Positions 1 through 12,600 are shown, numbered from the stretch's first letter. The stretch: DNA of 64,000 nt from Gammaproteobacteria bacterium (GCA_007127715.1 SKYU01000040.1:8770-72769), one strand, 5' to 3'. The notes: generated by a model not told the origin, from the sequence alone. Numbers and translations are program-made.

Positions 1-1713
<1,713 letters not shown>

Positions 1714-1860
1714 ACGGGCGCCCCGCGTGTCCGGCCTGCAGTCGGAGCGCGCGGGTCCGTCATTCTCGAAACATTCCCGTATCCGAACTGACACGGGCAT
1801 GTCATCCAGCAGCACTAACCTGCGTCGCCTGTTCCCAGACGACGTCAGGAGAGATGTGCC

Positions 1861-4536
1861 ATGGTTGGTGCTGCTGCAAGCGAATCCCCGAAATCGCCCG
1901 CCCGGAGTGGACGGGTGCGCCGGACTTCCCCACTGGCACTTGCCGTCGGCATGGCGCTGGCCGGAGCCACTGCATTGAGCCATGCGCAGGACCGGGACGA
2001 TGCCGACCGCCTGGTTCTGGATGAGATTGAAGTGCTGGGGCAGCGCCTGGCCATCACCGAAGCGGCACGCCGCAAGCGCGAAGCGGCCAATCTCCGCGAT
2101 ATCACCGCCAGCGATGACATCGGCAGGCTGCCGGACCTGAACATCGGCGACGCGCTGTCGCGCCTGCCAGGTGTTTCGACCGACCAGTTCGAAGGCGAGG
2201 CGCGTTTCGTCAACATCCGTGGTCTGGACTCCTCTCTCAACAACCTCACCCTCGATGGTGTGCAGATCGCCACCGGCGACGACCGCGGCCGGGATGGCCG
2301 CAGCGCCGCCCTGGACGGCATCAGCACCTCGGGCATTGCCGCGATCGAGGTGATCAAGACCCCTACGCCGGACATGGATGGCGTAGGTATTGGCGGCACC
2401 ATCAACATCATCTCGCCCAGCGCCTTCTCACGAGATCGAGCGTTCTATGGCGCACGGCTGGACACCAGCCAGTCGAGCGTGAGCGACACCAGCGTGTTCG
2501 ACTGGCTGAGCGCCGAGATCTTTGGCGCCAATGTCTTCGGTGCAGAGCAGAATATCGGCGTATTCGCCTCGCTGGACGTACTCCGGCGCAATCGGCTGGT
2601 TCGGGACCGCGCCGACAATGCCAACTGGGCCCCTGCTGGCGATGAGCTGCTGCCATCCCGGCTGGACATCACGCGGTTCCCGATCAAGCGGGAACGCATC
2701 AACTTCACCACCAACCTGGAGTATCGGCCGAGCGATACGAGTGAGCTGTTCCTGCGCGGGCTCTACACCAACGACCAGCGTACGATTACCAACCGGGTCA
2801 ATGAGCAATGGCGTACGCGTGGTGCGCTGACCGGGACCGGGTCGGGCGTCTTCGAAGGACCGCTACGTATCACTCTTGATGGCTGGGAGCGGGAGCAGGA
2901 GAACGAGACCTTCAGCCTCACGGCCGGCGGTGGCCATGAGCTGACCCGCGATCTGCGCGTGGATTACGCGCTGGCCTGGGCGCGCGCGGTATCGGATCGT
3001 CCCCTGTGGGTTCAGAACCGTTTCCAGACCGGGAATTTCCCGGGTCGCCTGACCATAGACGATGGCGTCAGCTTCGAAGCCCTCGACCAGGACTTCTTCA
3101 CGGATCCCTCAAACTACCGGCTGCAGCGCGTGCGGATCGACTCCATCGATACGCGCGAGCGCATCCTCTCGCCGAAAGTCGACCTGAGCTGGCAGACGCG
3201 ACTCGGCGGGTTCGACACGCTGGTCAGAACGGGCGCCAAGGCCACCTTCCGCGAAAAGTCGGTAGACGCCCGCTCCGACCGCTTCCGGCCCACCGAGGTG
3301 CTGACCCTGGCCGACAACAACTTCGGTCTGCCCGGCCCCGGTCGTCCCGGTTATCCGTCCGGCGGTGACTGGTTCCAGGGGCTTTACCCTGGCGGTGTGG
3401 CGGTCAACAACCAGGCGGTGCTGGACTACTTCTTCGCGAACCGGAGTCTGTTCACCTTCTCGGAGGCGGAATCGATCGCGAACAACCTCGAGGATGACTT
3501 CGACACCGACGAGGACGTCTACGCAGGCTACCTGATGGCGCAACTCGAGTCTGGCCCCATGCTGTGGACCGTGGGCGCGCGGGTCGAATATACGGATTAC
3601 CTCTCGCGGGCCGCCCGCGTGACACTCGTCGACGACGAGATCACCTCCATCGACGACCTGCGTGAGACCCGCAGCTACACGGATGTCCTCCCGAATCTCC
3701 AGCTCCGTTATCAGCTGCAGGAGGACGTGATCCTGCGGGCGGCCTGGACCCAGGCCATCGGTCGTCCCGACTTCGTCGCCGCGGCCCCCATTCAGGAGTT
3801 CGAGGTGGAGCGCATCGGCAGCGGTCCGGCGGGCGAGGACCTGTTCATCGCCACCCTGAGTTCCGGCAATCCGCAGCTCGATCGTTTTCGCGCCAACAAT
3901 TTCGACATCTCGCTGGAGTATTACCCGTCAGCGACAGGCGTATTCGCGGCCGCCGGATTCTACAAGCGCATCCGTAATCCCATCTTCGATCTGCGGGAGA
4001 ACCGTTTCGACACCAGTTTTGGTGGGTTCGATCTCGAGGTGCTGCAGATCAGGACGTCCGACAACGCCGATGCGGGCCGGGTCAGCGGTGTCGAGTTCAC
4101 CGCGCAGGAGCAGTTTCTCTTTCTGCCCGCACCGTTCGACAACTTCGGCGCGAGCGTGAACCTGACGCTGGTCAGCTCCAGCAGCAAGGTCGCCGACCGG
4201 GACGAGCGGCTGCCGTTTTTCGGTCAGGCCGACCGGATTTTCAATGCTGCCCTGTTCTACCAGCAGGACGGCTTCGAAGCCCGTCTCGCCTGGCGTCACC
4301 GCTCCGAGTTCCTGGAGGCGCTCGGTGGCAATGTTGACCAGGACATCTACCGCGACAGCTATCGCCAGCTGGACTTCCGTACCAGCTACCGCTTCGGCAA
4401 TGGCCTGTCGGTGTCGCTCGACGCGTGGAACCTGACGAACGAGCAGCCGCGGGTGTTCCAGGGTGTCAAGTCGCGCTTCTGGGGCCTCGAGGACACCGGT
4501 CGCATCTATACCCTCGGGGTGCAATGGGCGCTGTAG
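1861..4536 (+). CDS. TonB-dependent outer-membrane receptor (Xanthomonas/Caulobacter-like carbohydrate-type subfamily suspected)
   Basis: 891-aa ORF with a signal-like N-terminus (..MALAGATALSHAQ) and plug motifs (DITASDDIGRLPDLNIGDALSRLPGVS; FVNIRGLD). It has a long barrel region and an aromatic C-terminus (YTLGVQWAL). The start could instead be the in-frame GTG at 1915. Confidence 0.9.
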   Translation: MVGAAASESPKSPARSGRVRRTSPLALAVGMALAGATALSHAQDRDDADRLVLDEIEVLGQRLAITEAARRKREAANLRDITASDDIGRLPDLNIGDALSRLPGVSTDQFEGEARFVNIRGLDSSLNNLTLDGVQIATGDDRGRDGRSAALDGISTSGIAAIEVIKTPTPDMDGVGIGGTINIISPSAFSRDRAFYGARLDTSQSSVSDTSVFDWLSAEIFGANVFGAEQNIGVFASLDVLRRNRLVRDRADNANWAPAGDELLPSRLDITRFPIKRERINFTTNLEYRPSDTSELFLRGLYTNDQRTITNRVNEQWRTRGALTGTGSGVFEGPLRITLDGWEREQENETFSLTAGGGHELTRDLRVDYALAWARAVSDRPLWVQNRFQTGNFPGRLTIDDGVSFEALDQDFFTDPSNYRLQRVRIDSIDTRERILSPKVDLSWQTRLGGFDTLVRTGAKATFREKSVDARSDRFRPTEVLTLADNNFGLPGPGRPGYPSGGDWFQGLYPGGVAVNNQAVLDYFFANRSLFTFSEAESIANNLEDDFDTDEDVYAGYLMAQLESGPMLWTVGARVEYTDYLSRAARVTLVDDEITSIDDLRETRSYTDVLPNLQLRYQLQEDVILRAAWTQAIGRPDFVAAAPIQEFEVERIGSGPAGEDLFIATLSSGNPQLDRFRANNFDISLEYYPSATGVFAAAGFYKRIRNPIFDLRENRFDTSFGGFDLEVLQIRTSDNADAGRVSGVEFTAQEQFLFLPAPFDNFGASVNLTLVSSSSKVADRDERLPFFGQADRIFNAALFYQQDGFEARLAWRHRSEFLEALGGNVDQDIYRDSYRQLDFRTSYRFGNGLSVSLDAWNLTNEQPRVFQGVKSRFWGLEDTGRIYTLGVQWAL

Positions 4537-4604
4537 GCTGCGTACCCAGGGCGCGCTGTACCGCGCCTCGGGCGAGGCGCACCAACAGGTGGGGGCTGGC
4601 CCGC

Positions 4605-6128
4605 ATGGGTTGGGCCGGGCTCCTCGCCTGCCTGGTGTTGGCGCTGGCGACGCCTGGCTGGGCGGACGCCGAGCGTCTCCTGCTGCTCTATACCAACGAT
4701 ATCCACGACCACGTCCGCCCCGGTGCCGACGGCGTCGGAGGGCTGCCCTGGGTGGCGGGCTACGTGGCCGAGGTTCGCGCGGAACGCAAGGATGTCCTTT
4801 TGCTTGATGCCGGTGATGCCGCGGAGAAGGGTGATCTTGTCGCCTTTCTCACCGACAGCGAGCTGACTTTCGAGGCCATGGGCCGGATCGGCTACGACGC
4901 CATCGCCGTCGGTAATCACGAGCACAACCTTGGCCTGAACCAGCTTCGCCGCTTCGATGCCCTGACCGGCTACCGGCTGCTGGCCCTCAATCTTGTTGGC
5001 GCCGATGGTCTGCCGATATTCGCGCCGTCGCGTGTTTTCGAGCGCGGCGGGCATCGTATCGCCGTGATCGGGATGGCACTTCCCCGGCCTCATGACACGC
5101 TCGATTTCGAGGCGTCCGGCCGTGCGCTCGGTGCACATGCGGCGATGCTTCGGGAGCAGGCGTCGGCAGATCTGGTGATCGTCGTCGCCCATGTTGGTAC
5201 GTCGGATGCCAGCCGCTGGTCACGTGCGGCGCCCGAGGTCGATGTGTTCATCACGGGGCATACGCATGAGACGCTGGAGGCGCCCATGCGTGTACCGGAC
5301 ACCGGAGCGCTGCTGGTCCAGGCGGGCGCGAATGCGCGCAAGGTGGGCCGGCTCGAGCTGGCGCTCCACCGCGGTGAACGGCCTCGCGTCGTGTCCGCCG
5401 AAATCGTCCGCCTGGAACACCGGCGTTTCGCGCCCGACGAGGCGCTGCTGGCGTGGATCACTGCCCGCGAACAGGCATTGGCCCCGGAGGCGGGTGAAGT
5501 GGTTGCGCGGCTCCAGGCGCCGCTGGGCTGGTTTGCCATCGCCCGGTTATCCGCCGCCGCCATCAGGGCGCATGCCGGTGCGGACATCGGGCTCTACCAT
5601 CCGACGCATGTCGTCAGAAATCCGCTGGTGCCCGGTCCCGTGACCGTCAATGAGCTGTTCCGGGCCGCCTCCGATCGCGGACATCCGCTGGTGGAGGTTG
5701 AGCTGACGGGGGCCGAGATCGAGGCCTATCTCATCGGCCTGGCGCGCCGGGACCCACGGCGCTGGGGCGAGACCCAGTGGTCGGGCTTCCGGATCGAGCG
5801 CGGGGAAGCCGGCCACCTGACCACGGACCTTCAGGCCGGCCGGCGCTACCAGGTGGTCATGCCACAGCGCGAATGGGAAAAGCGTTTCATGCGCCTGGTA
5901 GAGCAGTTGGAAGGCCCTGAGCGTGCAGGCCCGCTTGCGGCACGGACATTCGAGGCGAGGCCTGCCGAGTTCTCGTCGGTGCAGGCCCTGGCGCAATTCC
6001 TGGCCGCCTTGCCTGACGGGGTCGACCAGGCGCTCGAGCGCCTGGCCAGCGCGCAGGGCGATGCCGATCCGCTGGAGGCGACTGCCGAAGCGCTGTTTCT
6101 CGCGAGAACCTATCGCAGTGCGGAGTGA
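4605..6128 (+). CDS. secreted bifunctional metallophosphatase / 5'-nucleotidase family protein
   Basis: Track ORF 4425..6128 trimmed to ATG 4605, which begins a signal peptide (MGWAGLLACLVLALATPGWA). Calcineurin-like phosphoesterase motifs are present (YTNDIHDH, LLLDAGD, VGNHEHN, GHTHE), followed by a C-terminal 5'-nucleotidase-like half. Confidence 0.85.
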   Translation: MGWAGLLACLVLALATPGWADAERLLLLYTNDIHDHVRPGADGVGGLPWVAGYVAEVRAERKDVLLLDAGDAAEKGDLVAFLTDSELTFEAMGRIGYDAIAVGNHEHNLGLNQLRRFDALTGYRLLALNLVGADGLPIFAPSRVFERGGHRIAVIGMALPRPHDTLDFEASGRALGAHAAMLREQASADLVIVVAHVGTSDASRWSRAAPEVDVFITGHTHETLEAPMRVPDTGALLVQAGANARKVGRLELALHRGERPRVVSAEIVRLEHRRFAPDEALLAWITAREQALAPEAGEVVARLQAPLGWFAIARLSAAAIRAHAGADIGLYHPTHVVRNPLVPGPVTVNELFRAASDRGHPLVEVELTGAEIEAYLIGLARRDPRRWGETQWSGFRIERGEAGHLTTDLQAGRRYQVVMPQREWEKRFMRLVEQLEGPERAGPLAARTFEARPAEFSSVQALAQFLAALPDGVDQALERLASAQGDADPLEATAEALFLARTYRSAE

Positions 6129-6138
6129 ACAGGAGGGT

Positions 6139-7542
6139 GTGGTGGACCGGATACGTCGGGGATTGATCGGCGGCATGATGCCCGCCGGTGTCGGTCTGGG
6201 CATGGTGGCGGCAGGCTGGCCTGTCCCGGGGCGGGCCTCGCCAGCAGCGCAGTCCGCCGGCCCCGTGGTCGATGTCACGGCGTTCGGCGCTGTGGGTGAC
6301 GGCGAGCGGCCTTGCGCCGACGCATTCCAGGCGGCCATCGATGATGTGGAGCGACGTGGCGGCGGCATCGTGCAGGTGCCTGCAGGCGTGTTCGTGCTCG
6401 AGAAGACGCCCCTGATCGGCAGCCGTGTCCACCTCCGCGGCATCGGTGCCGGAAGCGTGCTGCGCGGGCGGCGCCCCGCCGGCCAGGAAGGCGCGGCGCT
6501 GATCAGCAACAAGGGTCAGCAGGCGCGAGGCTATGAAGGGGCCCACGACTGGAGCATCACGCACTTCGCGATCGACAGTCCGCAGACGAACGGTATCGTC
6601 GTTACCCACGCTGCGCGTGTGTACATTGCGCACATCCTGGGCATCGAGGTGTTTCATCACTTCGTGGATACCGCCGGTCGGGACATTCTTTGCGAGCATC
6701 TCTGGCTGACCGGTCACAGCGGCACCAGTACCTTCCAGATCGACTCGCTGAGTGGTGCCCAGACCATCTGGGATGGCGAACAGGCTGTTCCACCGAACTA
6801 CGATGGGACGGATTCGCGCGACGTGATTCTGCGCAGTTCGATCATCACGGCGACAGCCGGCACCCAGGGCGACCGTCCCCGCCATGACTGCAGCGTGCAC
6901 TTTCATGGCGACGATACGGCGGGTTTCCAGTTCAGCGACCTGGTGCTCGGTGGGGCGGCCATCGGGTTCTACCAGGATGCCGGCACCCGGTACGACGACA
7001 TCCAGATCACCAACGTGCGCAGCCATAACCCCGTGTCGGCGCTGCGACTCAATGCCGGGCGCAGCGACCAGCGCGGACTGATGGTCAGGGGGTTTACTCA
7101 CGTGCCCCCTGTTGTCCCGGAGGCAGGCTATCGGGGTCTCGAAATCGCAGGTCGACGCCAGGTCATTCTGGCGGATCTGCAGCTCGAGGCTCCGGCTGCC
7201 CCGGCGGTCCATGCGGTCCACCTGGCGGGTTGTCGCGAGGTCCGGGTCCACGGACTGCAGGCGAGCGCTCGTGGCGGCCAGGGCGTGGTTGTCAGCGACG
7301 CCCCGCCTGCAGGCGTCGACGTGCGGCCGGAGGCACTGCAGGCGCCAACGCAGCACGACGAGCAGGGGCGCAGTCGCGGAATCCTGGTGGAAAGCGCATG
7401 GTTTTCAGGGTTCTCCGTGGGCTGCCAGCTCCGCGAGGCGGTGGCCGGCGCCCTGCACGCGCGCGGCAATTTTTTCGACCGGGTCGAGGTGCCTTATGTC
7501 GGGCCGGTGGCCCATGATCTCGAGGCCGATCACGGCACGTGA
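6139..7542 (+). CDS. right-handed beta-helix protein (pectate_lyase_3 / glycoside-hydrolase-like), probably exported
   Basis: Track ORF 5923..7542 overlaps the upstream gene, so it is trimmed to GTG 6139/6142 directly after AGGAGG (6131-6136); an alternative ATG lies at 6175. The N-terminus has an RR-containing signal-like segment (RIRRGLIGGMMPAGVGLGMVAAG). VVDVTAFGAVGDGERPCADAFQAAIDDVERRGGGIVQVPAGVF is the typical start of tailspike/pectate-lyase-3-type beta-helices. Confidence 0.7.
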   Translation: MVDRIRRGLIGGMMPAGVGLGMVAAGWPVPGRASPAAQSAGPVVDVTAFGAVGDGERPCADAFQAAIDDVERRGGGIVQVPAGVFVLEKTPLIGSRVHLRGIGAGSVLRGRRPAGQEGAALISNKGQQARGYEGAHDWSITHFAIDSPQTNGIVVTHAARVYIAHILGIEVFHHFVDTAGRDILCEHLWLTGHSGTSTFQIDSLSGAQTIWDGEQAVPPNYDGTDSRDVILRSSIITATAGTQGDRPRHDCSVHFHGDDTAGFQFSDLVLGGAAIGFYQDAGTRYDDIQITNVRSHNPVSALRLNAGRSDQRGLMVRGFTHVPPVVPEAGYRGLEIAGRRQVILADLQLEAPAAPAVHAVHLAGCREVRVHGLQASARGGQGVVVSDAPPAGVDVRPEALQAPTQHDEQGRSRGILVESAWFSGFSVGCQLREAVAGALHARGNFFDRVEVPYVGPVAHDLEADHGT

Positions 7543-7563
7543 TCGCATCGAGCGGCGAATCGA

Positions 7564-9675
7564 TCAGAATCGCCGGATTCGAACCTGGACCCGCGCCGAG
7601 CGGCCCGTGCCATCGACCACGACGAGCTCATGGAAGCCCTCGCCATGGGGTCGCCACAGCGCCTGGCCCGCGCCATCCTCGGGCAAGGCCTGCCCGTCGT
7701 GATACCAGCGCAGCGGGGGTGTCCCCGCCGCCACCGGGATGAAGCCGCGGGAGAGATCCTCGGTCCAGAGCTCCGCACCCTGGGGGGGAAAGCTGATTTG
7801 GGGGCCAGGTGTGGTCAGCTCAAAGCGCGCCAGGGCGTGTCGCGGGGCAACCTCGCTGCCGTTCGCCCGCAGCCGCAGCCCGGCAGGCTCGCCGGCCACG
7901 AGGTCGGCCAGGTCGAACAGCAGTGGCAGCGCGGCCCGCTGACCGGTCACCCCCGGCCGCGGCAGTCCGTCCGGGCGGCCGACCCACGCCACGATGACAT
8001 GGCCGTCGACCACCCCTGCCGCCCACGCATCCCGAAAGCCCCAGGAGGTGCCGGTTTTCGCGGCCACCGCAGGGGCCTGGCTCAGCAGCCGTGAGGGCAG
8101 GCGGCCGGGCGGAGGCGGTGCGTCGCGGAGGATGTCCAGCACCCGTCCAGCGGTCCCGTCCGACACCAGCCGCGTCGCCGGCGTGCGCCGGTTGTGCATC
8201 GCGGCCAGCTCGGTCCAGGCCAGCGGCTGGACGCCGCCGCCGGCCCCCAGCGCGGCGTAGAGCGCGGCCACGTCGGCCACGGTGACGCCCAGCCCGCCGA
8301 GCGCAAGTGCGAGGCCGGCCTCGTCCGCGCCCCCGTGCGGCAGTTCGATGGTGGTGCCGACCAGGGCCAGTGCCGACGCGTAGCGCGCCGGACCGACCGC
8401 TGCCAGCAGCTGCACAGCCGGCAGATTCAGCGACTGCTGGAGCGCGGTGGCGACCGTGATTTCGCCACGGAAGCGACGGTCGAAGTTGCCTGGCGCGTAG
8501 CCGGAGAACCGGCGTGGCAGGTCCTCGATGCGGGTGCCGGCGGTGATCCGACCGTCCTCCATGGCCAGGGCGTAGATCAGCGGCTTGAGCACCGAACCCG
8601 GCGAACGATGCCGCGCGGTCAGGTCCAGCCAGCCGCCGCTGCGGTCCCGGCCTGCCGACCCGGCGGCGGCCACGACCGCCCGACCGTCAAGCGCGATCAC
8701 CAGCGCGGCAGCCTGCACCTCAGGCCCCTCGGACACCGCCAGCGCACGAACCTTCGACTCGACCGCCATCTGCAGGCGAAGGTCCAGGGTGCTGCGGACA
8801 CCAGAGACACCGGGGACACCAGAAACACCGGGAACACCCGCCTCACTGGAATGTTCCCCCGGGCCGGCAGCCTGTGCCAGGACGCGTTCGCTGGCGTGCC
8901 AGGCATGGTTGGGAAAGGCCTGGCGCGCCGGGATCGCTTCAGCAGCGGCCTCGTTCGCGCGGTCGCGATCGAGCAGGCCGGCCGCCACCAGCCGTCGCAG
9001 CAGCCTCGCGCGTGCCTGGCGGGCGGCCTCCGGATGACGGTCCGGGCGCCGTGCCTCCGGCGCCTGCGGCAGGGCCAGCAGCAGCGCGATCTGCTCCGGT
9101 GAGAGTTCGCGCGGTTCACGGCCGAACCAGGCCCAGCTGCCGGCGCGCAGGCCTTCGATATTGCCGCCGTAGGGCGCCAGCGTCAGGTACAGCGCGAGAA
9201 TATCCCGCTTGTCCAGCCGACGCTCGAGCTGCAGCGCACGAGCCATCTCGATCAACTTCGCCCCCGGTGTCCGCTGCGGTCTGGGCTCGAGCAGGCGCGC
9301 GGTCTGCATGGTGAGCGTGGAGGCACCGGAGCGCACCTGGCCGGCGATCAGAGCGTCCCGCAGTGCCCGCAGCAGGGCCAGCACATCGACCCCAGGATGT
9401 GACCAGAATCGCCGATCCTCGACCTCCAGCAACGCCCGCAGGAACGCCGGATCGATCTGGTCGGGGTCCACGGGCAGCCTCCAGCGCCCGTCAGCCAGCG
9501 GGAAGGCGCGCAGCGGCCGCCCGGTGGCGTCCAGGACAACCGCCGAGACCGCCACCCCCGGCGCGGGCAGCGGCGGGGGGAACAGGACATCCAGGGCGGC
9601 CAGCCCCCCGGCGAGCGCGAGGGCGATCGCCGTGGCGGTCAGCCCCCGATGCACGGCACGGGCCTGGCGCCTCAT
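7564..9675 (-). CDS. pbpC: penicillin-binding protein 1C (bifunctional transglycosylase/transpeptidase)
   Basis: Track ORF 7564..10161 trimmed to ATG 9673-9675, which overlaps the stop of the upstream A2M gene (ATGA). The start reads MRRQARAVHRGLTATAIALALAGG (membrane anchor). The GT51 motif EDRRFWSHPGVD and the transpeptidase SxxK (SPGSVLKP) are present. Confidence 0.9.
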   Translation of the reverse strand: MRRQARAVHRGLTATAIALALAGGLAALDVLFPPPLPAPGVAVSAVVLDATGRPLRAFPLADGRWRLPVDPDQIDPAFLRALLEVEDRRFWSHPGVDVLALLRALRDALIAGQVRSGASTLTMQTARLLEPRPQRTPGAKLIEMARALQLERRLDKRDILALYLTLAPYGGNIEGLRAGSWAWFGREPRELSPEQIALLLALPQAPEARRPDRHPEAARQARARLLRRLVAAGLLDRDRANEAAAEAIPARQAFPNHAWHASERVLAQAAGPGEHSSEAGVPGVSGVPGVSGVRSTLDLRLQMAVESKVRALAVSEGPEVQAAALVIALDGRAVVAAAGSAGRDRSGGWLDLTARHRSPGSVLKPLIYALAMEDGRITAGTRIEDLPRRFSGYAPGNFDRRFRGEITVATALQQSLNLPAVQLLAAVGPARYASALALVGTTIELPHGGADEAGLALALGGLGVTVADVAALYAALGAGGGVQPLAWTELAAMHNRRTPATRLVSDGTAGRVLDILRDAPPPPGRLPSRLLSQAPAVAAKTGTSWGFRDAWAAGVVDGHVIVAWVGRPDGLPRPGVTGQRAALPLLFDLADLVAGEPAGLRLRANGSEVAPRHALARFELTTPGPQISFPPQGAELWTEDLSRGFIPVAAGTPPLRWYHDGQALPEDGAGQALWRPHGEGFHELVVVDGTGRSARVQVRIRRF
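8797..8838 (-). repeat. 18-bp tandem repeat, about 2.3 copies, inside pbpC (encodes GVPGVS GVPGVS GV)
   Basis: The minus strand reads GGTGTTCCCGGTGTTTCT GGTGTCCCCGGTGTCTCT GGTGTC. The two full units differ only at synonymous third positions. Confidence 0.85.
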
Positions 9676-12600
9676 GGCGCGACGGTGAGCTCGCCGCTGG
9701 CCGAACGCGCGAAACGGCCAGGACGGTACATATCCTCGGCCACCGCGCCCGGCAGCGTGAAGTACCCCGGCGTGACCGCCCTGACCAGATAGGCCACCCG
9801 GTAGCTCACTCCGCCGCGCACGTCGAGCGCGGCGATGAAACGATCGTCGCGGGCTTCGGCACTTCGGGTCTCCGACAGCGTCCCCAGCCAGCCGAAGCGA
9901 CCCTGTTCGCCGGCATCGCCCGCGCTCAGCACCGCCTCGATCTCGAGTCCGGCGGGCAGCAGGTCGACCAGCGCGACCTGAGCCAGTGCGGCCTGGCGCG
10001 AGGCAATCTCCAGCGAGATCACCAACCGTTCGCCCTGGCGCACGGCGGCCGGGTCCACCGGCCGCCCGGTCAGGTCGCTGAGACGCTTGCGCACGGCAAG
10101 CCCCTCCGAGACCGCCGCTGGTGGATCCAGCGTGCTGCCGCGCGCCAGCAGCGTGACCCACACCGGACCGGTACCGCGGTTGACGAACACCGGCAGCGTT
10201 TCCAGCGCATCGGCCTCCAGTGTCACCACGGCGCCGAGCGCGCGGCCGGCGCCGTCCTCCATCGCGAGGCGCCCGGCGCCACCGGTGAGCGCCCGGGCCG
10301 CCAGCAGCACGAACACCTGTTCCTGCACGTTCAGGCGCGTGGGTTCGGGCAGCGCCTCACCGAGACGCTCGAGCAGCGGCCCGACGTGCTCCTCGACCCC
10401 GGCTTCGGCGGCAAGTGCCAGCACCCCGGCGAGATCGCGCAGTGGGCTCTGGTAGACATCGCCGGGGTTACGGTAGCCCAGCGCGTCGACGGCCGCGGCA
10501 AACGCGCTCACCGCGCGGGCGCGGTCGCCGAGGCTTGCCAACGCCGCCCCCAGGTGGGCACGGGCCAGCGGGCTCTCGATCTTCGCCAGCAGCTCGTCGT
10601 GCAGGTAGCGCAGCCGCGAGCGGTCCATGCGCCCGGCGCGCGCCAGCACATAGCTGGCGTAGGCGGCGCTGCGGTGCTCGAGCCGCTCGCGCGTATCGCT
10701 GGTCAGGGGCGGCTCCGGCACGCGGGTGTCGTAGCCCACGATGCGCCATGGCTCGCCCTGGGCGACGGGCTGCAGAGCGGCGTAGGCGCGTTCCAGTGCG
10801 GCGGCCGGTACGCTGTGGCCGGCCTCGGCGGCGCGGGCGAGAAAGTCGGTGAGATACGCGCCCAGCCAGGGCGAGGCCCCCAGGTCCCCGACCCGCCACA
10901 GTCCGAAGGCACCGTCGCGGTCCTGCCGGGCGAGCAGCGTCTCGATGGCCGCGCGGATCTCCTGCTCCGCCCCGGCAGGTGGCACGATCGCCCCCAGGCC
11001 GGCCAGCTGGCCGGCGTACAGCAGAGGCAGTACCCGGCTGACCTGCTGCTCCGAGCAGCCATACGGATAGTCGGCCAGGGCACGGTAAAGCGCCGCGACG
11101 TCGATGGGTGTGGCCGCAAAACTGGCCTGCAGTGTCGCCGTCTCCGGGCGGTAACCTTCCAGCAGCGAAGCGGGCACCGCCAGACGCTCGTCGGGCGACA
11201 GACGTACGCGCAGGACCTGGCTGGCGGGCAGCCAGGCCGGTCGGACCTGCAGCGGCCAGCTGCGTGCCACGGCGAATCCGTCCGGTCCCAGTACGTTGAG
11301 CGACAGCTCGCCGACCCCTGCCGCGGTGCCCGTCAGCGGCACGTGGCGATCGGCGCGCTGGCCCCGGTCCAGGGCTACCGTGAGGGTGTCACTGCCGAGG
11401 GTCAGGCCGGCGTCGGCCCCCAGGCTGACCAGGTAGTCGCCGGCGACGCCCTCGACGTTGTCGAGGCTCAGCGTGGCGCGGGCCTCATCGCCTGGTGCCA
11501 GGAAACGCGGCAGCACCAGCTCGGCCGGCACCGGGTCGCGCACGGTGAGACTGCGGCTCGTCGCCGCCAGTCCTTCCCGTGACCAGGCGACCGCCATCAG
11601 CCGCAGCTCGCCATTGAAGTCGGGCAGGTCGAGCCGGAGGCTGCCGCGGCCGGCGGCGTCCAGCGCCACCGGACCGCTGAACAGCGCGACGGTGCGAAAC
11701 GGCACCGCCTCCAGTCCCTCGCCGCCAAAGCCCCCATCGCCGCCGCTGCGCACCGCTGCGGCACGCCCCTGGTTGGGGTCGAGCAGCCGCCCGTAGTCGT
11801 CCAGCAGCTCGACGCCGAGCGCAGTGCGCCCGAAGAACCATCCCACCGGGTCCGGCGAGGCGAAGCCGGTCAGCTGCAGGATCCCCTCGTCCACTGCGGC
11901 CAGCGTCAGCCAGGCAGGCTCGCCTCGGGGCAGGCCGCTGGCCTGGACTTGCAGGGTGGCAGGCTGGTTGGGCCGCACGACCTCCGCCGGCGCGTCGACA
12001 GCGAGCTCGAAGCTGCGGCCTTCGGCAGCGAGATCCACCGGGACATGGGCGACGCCAACGGCCCGGCGGGGCTGCGGCCGGCGCCCTGAGTCACGCGGCG
12101 TATAGACCGACACCATGACATGTGCACCGGCGCCCCAGTCGGCGGTCACCGGCAAGCTGACGCGGGTGCCCTCAGCGGGGACCTCCACGCTCAGGCTCTC
12201 CAGTACCCGGTCGGTGGCGACCACCACCTCGGCGATGCCGGCATAGGGTGCGAGAATGGTGATCTCGGCGCGCTCGCCGAGCCGCGGCGCGCGCGCCGGG
12301 CCGGCGACCCGTACCCGGTCGGGTGCCTCCACGTCGCCCTCGCCGGAGCCGGCCCAGCCAACCTGGAATCCGGTACTGGCCACCAGCTCGCCCTCCGCCC
12401 GCAGGACCACGGTGTAGTCCCCCCAGTCCAGCGCGGGAGTGCGCAGAGTCGCGCCATCCGTGCCGACCTCGACCCGGCCGTCCTCGATCGGCACCACGCG
12501 CCGGCTGCGCCGCCACTGCCACTCGCCCCACTCGGTCCGATACCAGTCGTACTGCCAGTCATTGCGCAGCAGCTGCCAGTCGAGTGCGGCCTCGCGCGCG

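Noticed and set aside
1714-1860. Looked for a cobalamin riboswitch or Fur box upstream of the TonB-dependent receptor.
   Set aside because: The region is too short for a B12 element, I found no B12-box-like core, and there is no AT-rich Fur-type palindrome. I cannot exclude other regulation.
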